Of a stretch of 64,000 bases of DNA, positions 62,491 through 64,000 are shown piece by piece; within the stretch, counting starts at the first letter, position 1, and the number at the start of each line of letters is the position of its first letter. The DNA comes from Dehalococcoidia bacterium (GTDB lineage Bacteria; Chloroflexota; Dehalococcoidia; SM23-28-2; HRBIN24). The notes under the pieces were generated by a model. That model was not told the DNA's origin, ran no database searches, and saw nothing but the letters and a program-made list of their open reading frames with translations. The DNA lies in the NCBI GenBank assembly GCA_025062275.1, contig JANXAP010000007.1:113779-177778 (forward strand), read 5' to 3'. The position numbers and the translations under genes are program-made.

Positions 62491-64000
62491 TCAGCGCGGC
62501 GCCTTTTGCGGGCGCGCCCACAGGCGCGCCCCATCGGTCTCGAAGGTCACGTCCCCGTGGACGTCGGTGCGAAACAGGGGCAGCCCGGAGACCATTCCCA
62601 GCACCTCTGCCGAAGGGTGTCCGTAGCGGTTGCCCTCGCCCACCGACAGCGCCGTCGCCGACGGCGACACGGCTCCCAAGAGCAGAGGCGAGATGGACCC
62701 CCGCGCGCCGTTGCCGGGCAGGGCCAGCACCGAGGCCGCCACCGGCGCACGCTCGGCTACGAGCGACTCCTGCAACCGTACCGGCGCGTCCGACGGCAAA
62801 AGGAAAGACACCTGCCCCAGCTCCAGACGCAACACCAACGCCCAGGGCCGCGGGTCGTTCGGCGTCGTCAGGGGAGGAGCCTCGGGCGAAAGCACCTCCA
62901 GCACTGCACCGTCCAGGGCCAGCCGCAGTCCCTCTGTGCCGTATAGCACCTCGGCGCCCTCGCGCCAGAGGGCGTCCTGCCAGGCACGGAAGAGGGCCGT
63001 GCCGACGCCCACCGGTGGCACCAGCACCTGTGGCACCTCGTAGCGCTCCAGCACCCCCACCAGGCCAGCCAGTCGGCCTGCCCGGGGGTAGGTCAGCACC
63101 ACCAGGTCGATGCGCCTCTCCCAAGGCCGCAGGTGGCGCGAGAGGGCGGCGGCCACTGCCTCGCTATCGGACCCCCCGTCGATGAGGACGCGCCGACCGG
63201 CGGGAGTCGTCACCAGCACAGCGTTGCCCTCGCCGACGTCCAGAAAGGTCACCCGCAACTGGCCCGTAGTGCCTGCCTGGGCGGCAGCCAGCCAGAGGAC
63301 CAGCGCCGTCAGCGGTGCCATGAGGGCCATCGTCAGCGCCCAGGCCGGCAGGGGTGGTCGCTGGGGTACCTCCGGCCGCCAGCGAGACAGGCCCCAGGCC
63401 CCGAGGGCCAGGAGGGCATAGTAGGCGACGGCATGGGCCAGACCGACCCCCTCCAGGGAGAGGGAGGCCATCGGCAGCGAGCCGAAGGCCCTGGCCACCG
63501 CCATCAGGTAGGTGGCGGGCGCCCAGGCCAGCGGCCACAGCCAGTCTCCCGCCGAGGGCCAGAGGGCGCCCGCCAGCGCCACCGTCGCCGACCCCACCAG
63601 GGAGGCAACGAAGGCCGGGGCCCCGGCCAGGTTGGCAAGAGGCGCTGCCAGCGAGGCCCTCCCGAAGGCCAAGGCCGTGATGGGCAGCACCAGCGCCACA
63701 GCCGCGACTGTGAGGGCCAGCACCTCGACGGCAGGCCGCAGCAGGGCATGGGCGGCCGTCCCCAGCCGGGCCAGCCACGCCTCGCCCCAGGCCGCCAGGG
63801 ACGGCGAGAGGACTACCAGCCCCAGGGTGGACGCGAAGCTGAGCTGGAAGGACAGGTCCTGGACCACCCGTGGGTCGAGGGCCACCATGAGGGCGGCAGC
63901 CAGCAGCAACGGCTGGAGACCGCCGCCGGGCCTCCCCAGCATGCGGGCGAACAGGTAGAGGCCCGCCATGACCGTGGCCCTCACCACCGGCGGCTGACCA
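62491..64000 (-). CDS. comEC: ComEC/Rec2-family DNA internalisation protein, C-terminal part (membrane competence domain plus MBL domain); the gene continues beyond the window end
   Basis: A polytopic region (VRATVMAGLYLFARMLGR..., QLSFASTLGLV) is followed by the MBL domain LRVTFLDVGEGNAVLVTTPAGRRVLIDGG and a C-terminal NRYGHPSAEVL. The frame stays open to position 64000. Confidence 0.88.
   Translation of the reverse strand, partial: GQPPVVRATVMAGLYLFARMLGRPGGGLQPLLLAAALMVALDPRVVQDLSFQLSFASTLGLVVLSPSLAAWGEAWLARLGTAAHALLRPAVEVLALTVAAVALVLPITALAFGRASLAAPLANLAGAPAFVASLVGSATVALAGALWPSAGDWLWPLAWAPATYLMAVARAFGSLPMASLSLEGVGLAHAVAYYALLALGAWGLSRWRPEVPQRPPLPAWALTMALMAPLTALVLWLAAAQAGTTGQLRVTFLDVGEGNAVLVTTPAGRRVLIDGGSDSEAVAAALSRHLRPWERRIDLVVLTYPRAGRLAGLVGVLERYEVPQVLVPPVGVGTALFRAWQDALWREGAEVLYGTEGLRLALDGAVLEVLSPEAPPLTTPNDPRPWALVLRLELGQVSFLLPSDAPVRLQESLVAERAPVAASVLALPGNGARGSISPLLLGAVSPSATALSVGEGNRYGHPSAEVLGMVSGLPLFRTDVHGDVTFETDGARLWARPQKAPR

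Overview
This is a 64 kb stretch of a high-GC bacterial chromosome (about two-thirds G+C by eye). It is densely coded on both strands. GGAGG-type ribosome-binding sites are common, and there are many 4-nt start/stop overlaps. The gene content and protein style suggest a Chloroflexota/Thermomicrobia-like organism, but that is a low-confidence inference. Most of the window is housekeeping. It includes dprA-topA-xerC, and ilvE leading a minus-strand run of genes for a PH-domain membrane protein, an SGNH lipoprotein and a geranylgeranyl reductase. A glycine-cleavage operon (MBL-gcvT-gcvH-gcvPA-gcvPB-class V aminotransferase) is followed by a cluster of SDR/crotonase genes. Further along are relA/spoT, hisS, prfA-prmC, a DRG-type GTPase, split ADP-forming acetyl-CoA synthetase genes, pth-mfd and two tandem AMP-forming acyl-CoA synthetases. 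The right end carries rsmG, a GreA-like factor, citrate synthase, a leucine-catabolic cluster (MCC beta, hydratase, MCC alpha, HMG-CoA lyase), a ThDP enzyme, a HIT protein, rph and a partial comEC. There are three tRNAs: Arg-TCT, Pro-GGG and Met-CAT. I saw no rRNA, CRISPR array, transposase or integrase. Items worth a second look: (1) an NYN-domain gene split exactly at an A AAA AAG heptamer; (2) a low-GC methylase plus uncharacterised-partner islet abutting the 3' end of tRNA-Arg; (3) an identical TATGG-N3-CCATA inverted repeat placed directly after the -10 box of both the gltA and acs promoters; (4) a lipoprotein whose signal peptide lies upstream of any canonical start and in frame with the preceding gene across a single TAG; (5) an unannotated 54-aa protein starting MCITCGC, a HypB-like metal-site motif; (6) twin GGGGCCCCGTG stem-loops in the prfA and mfd leaders; (7) a GreA-like factor with an integrase-core-binding-like N-terminal extension; (8) a duplicated tRNA-Met 3' half; (9) a trio of small membrane-peptide ORFs. 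All calls rest on hand translation and motif recognition. No database search was run.
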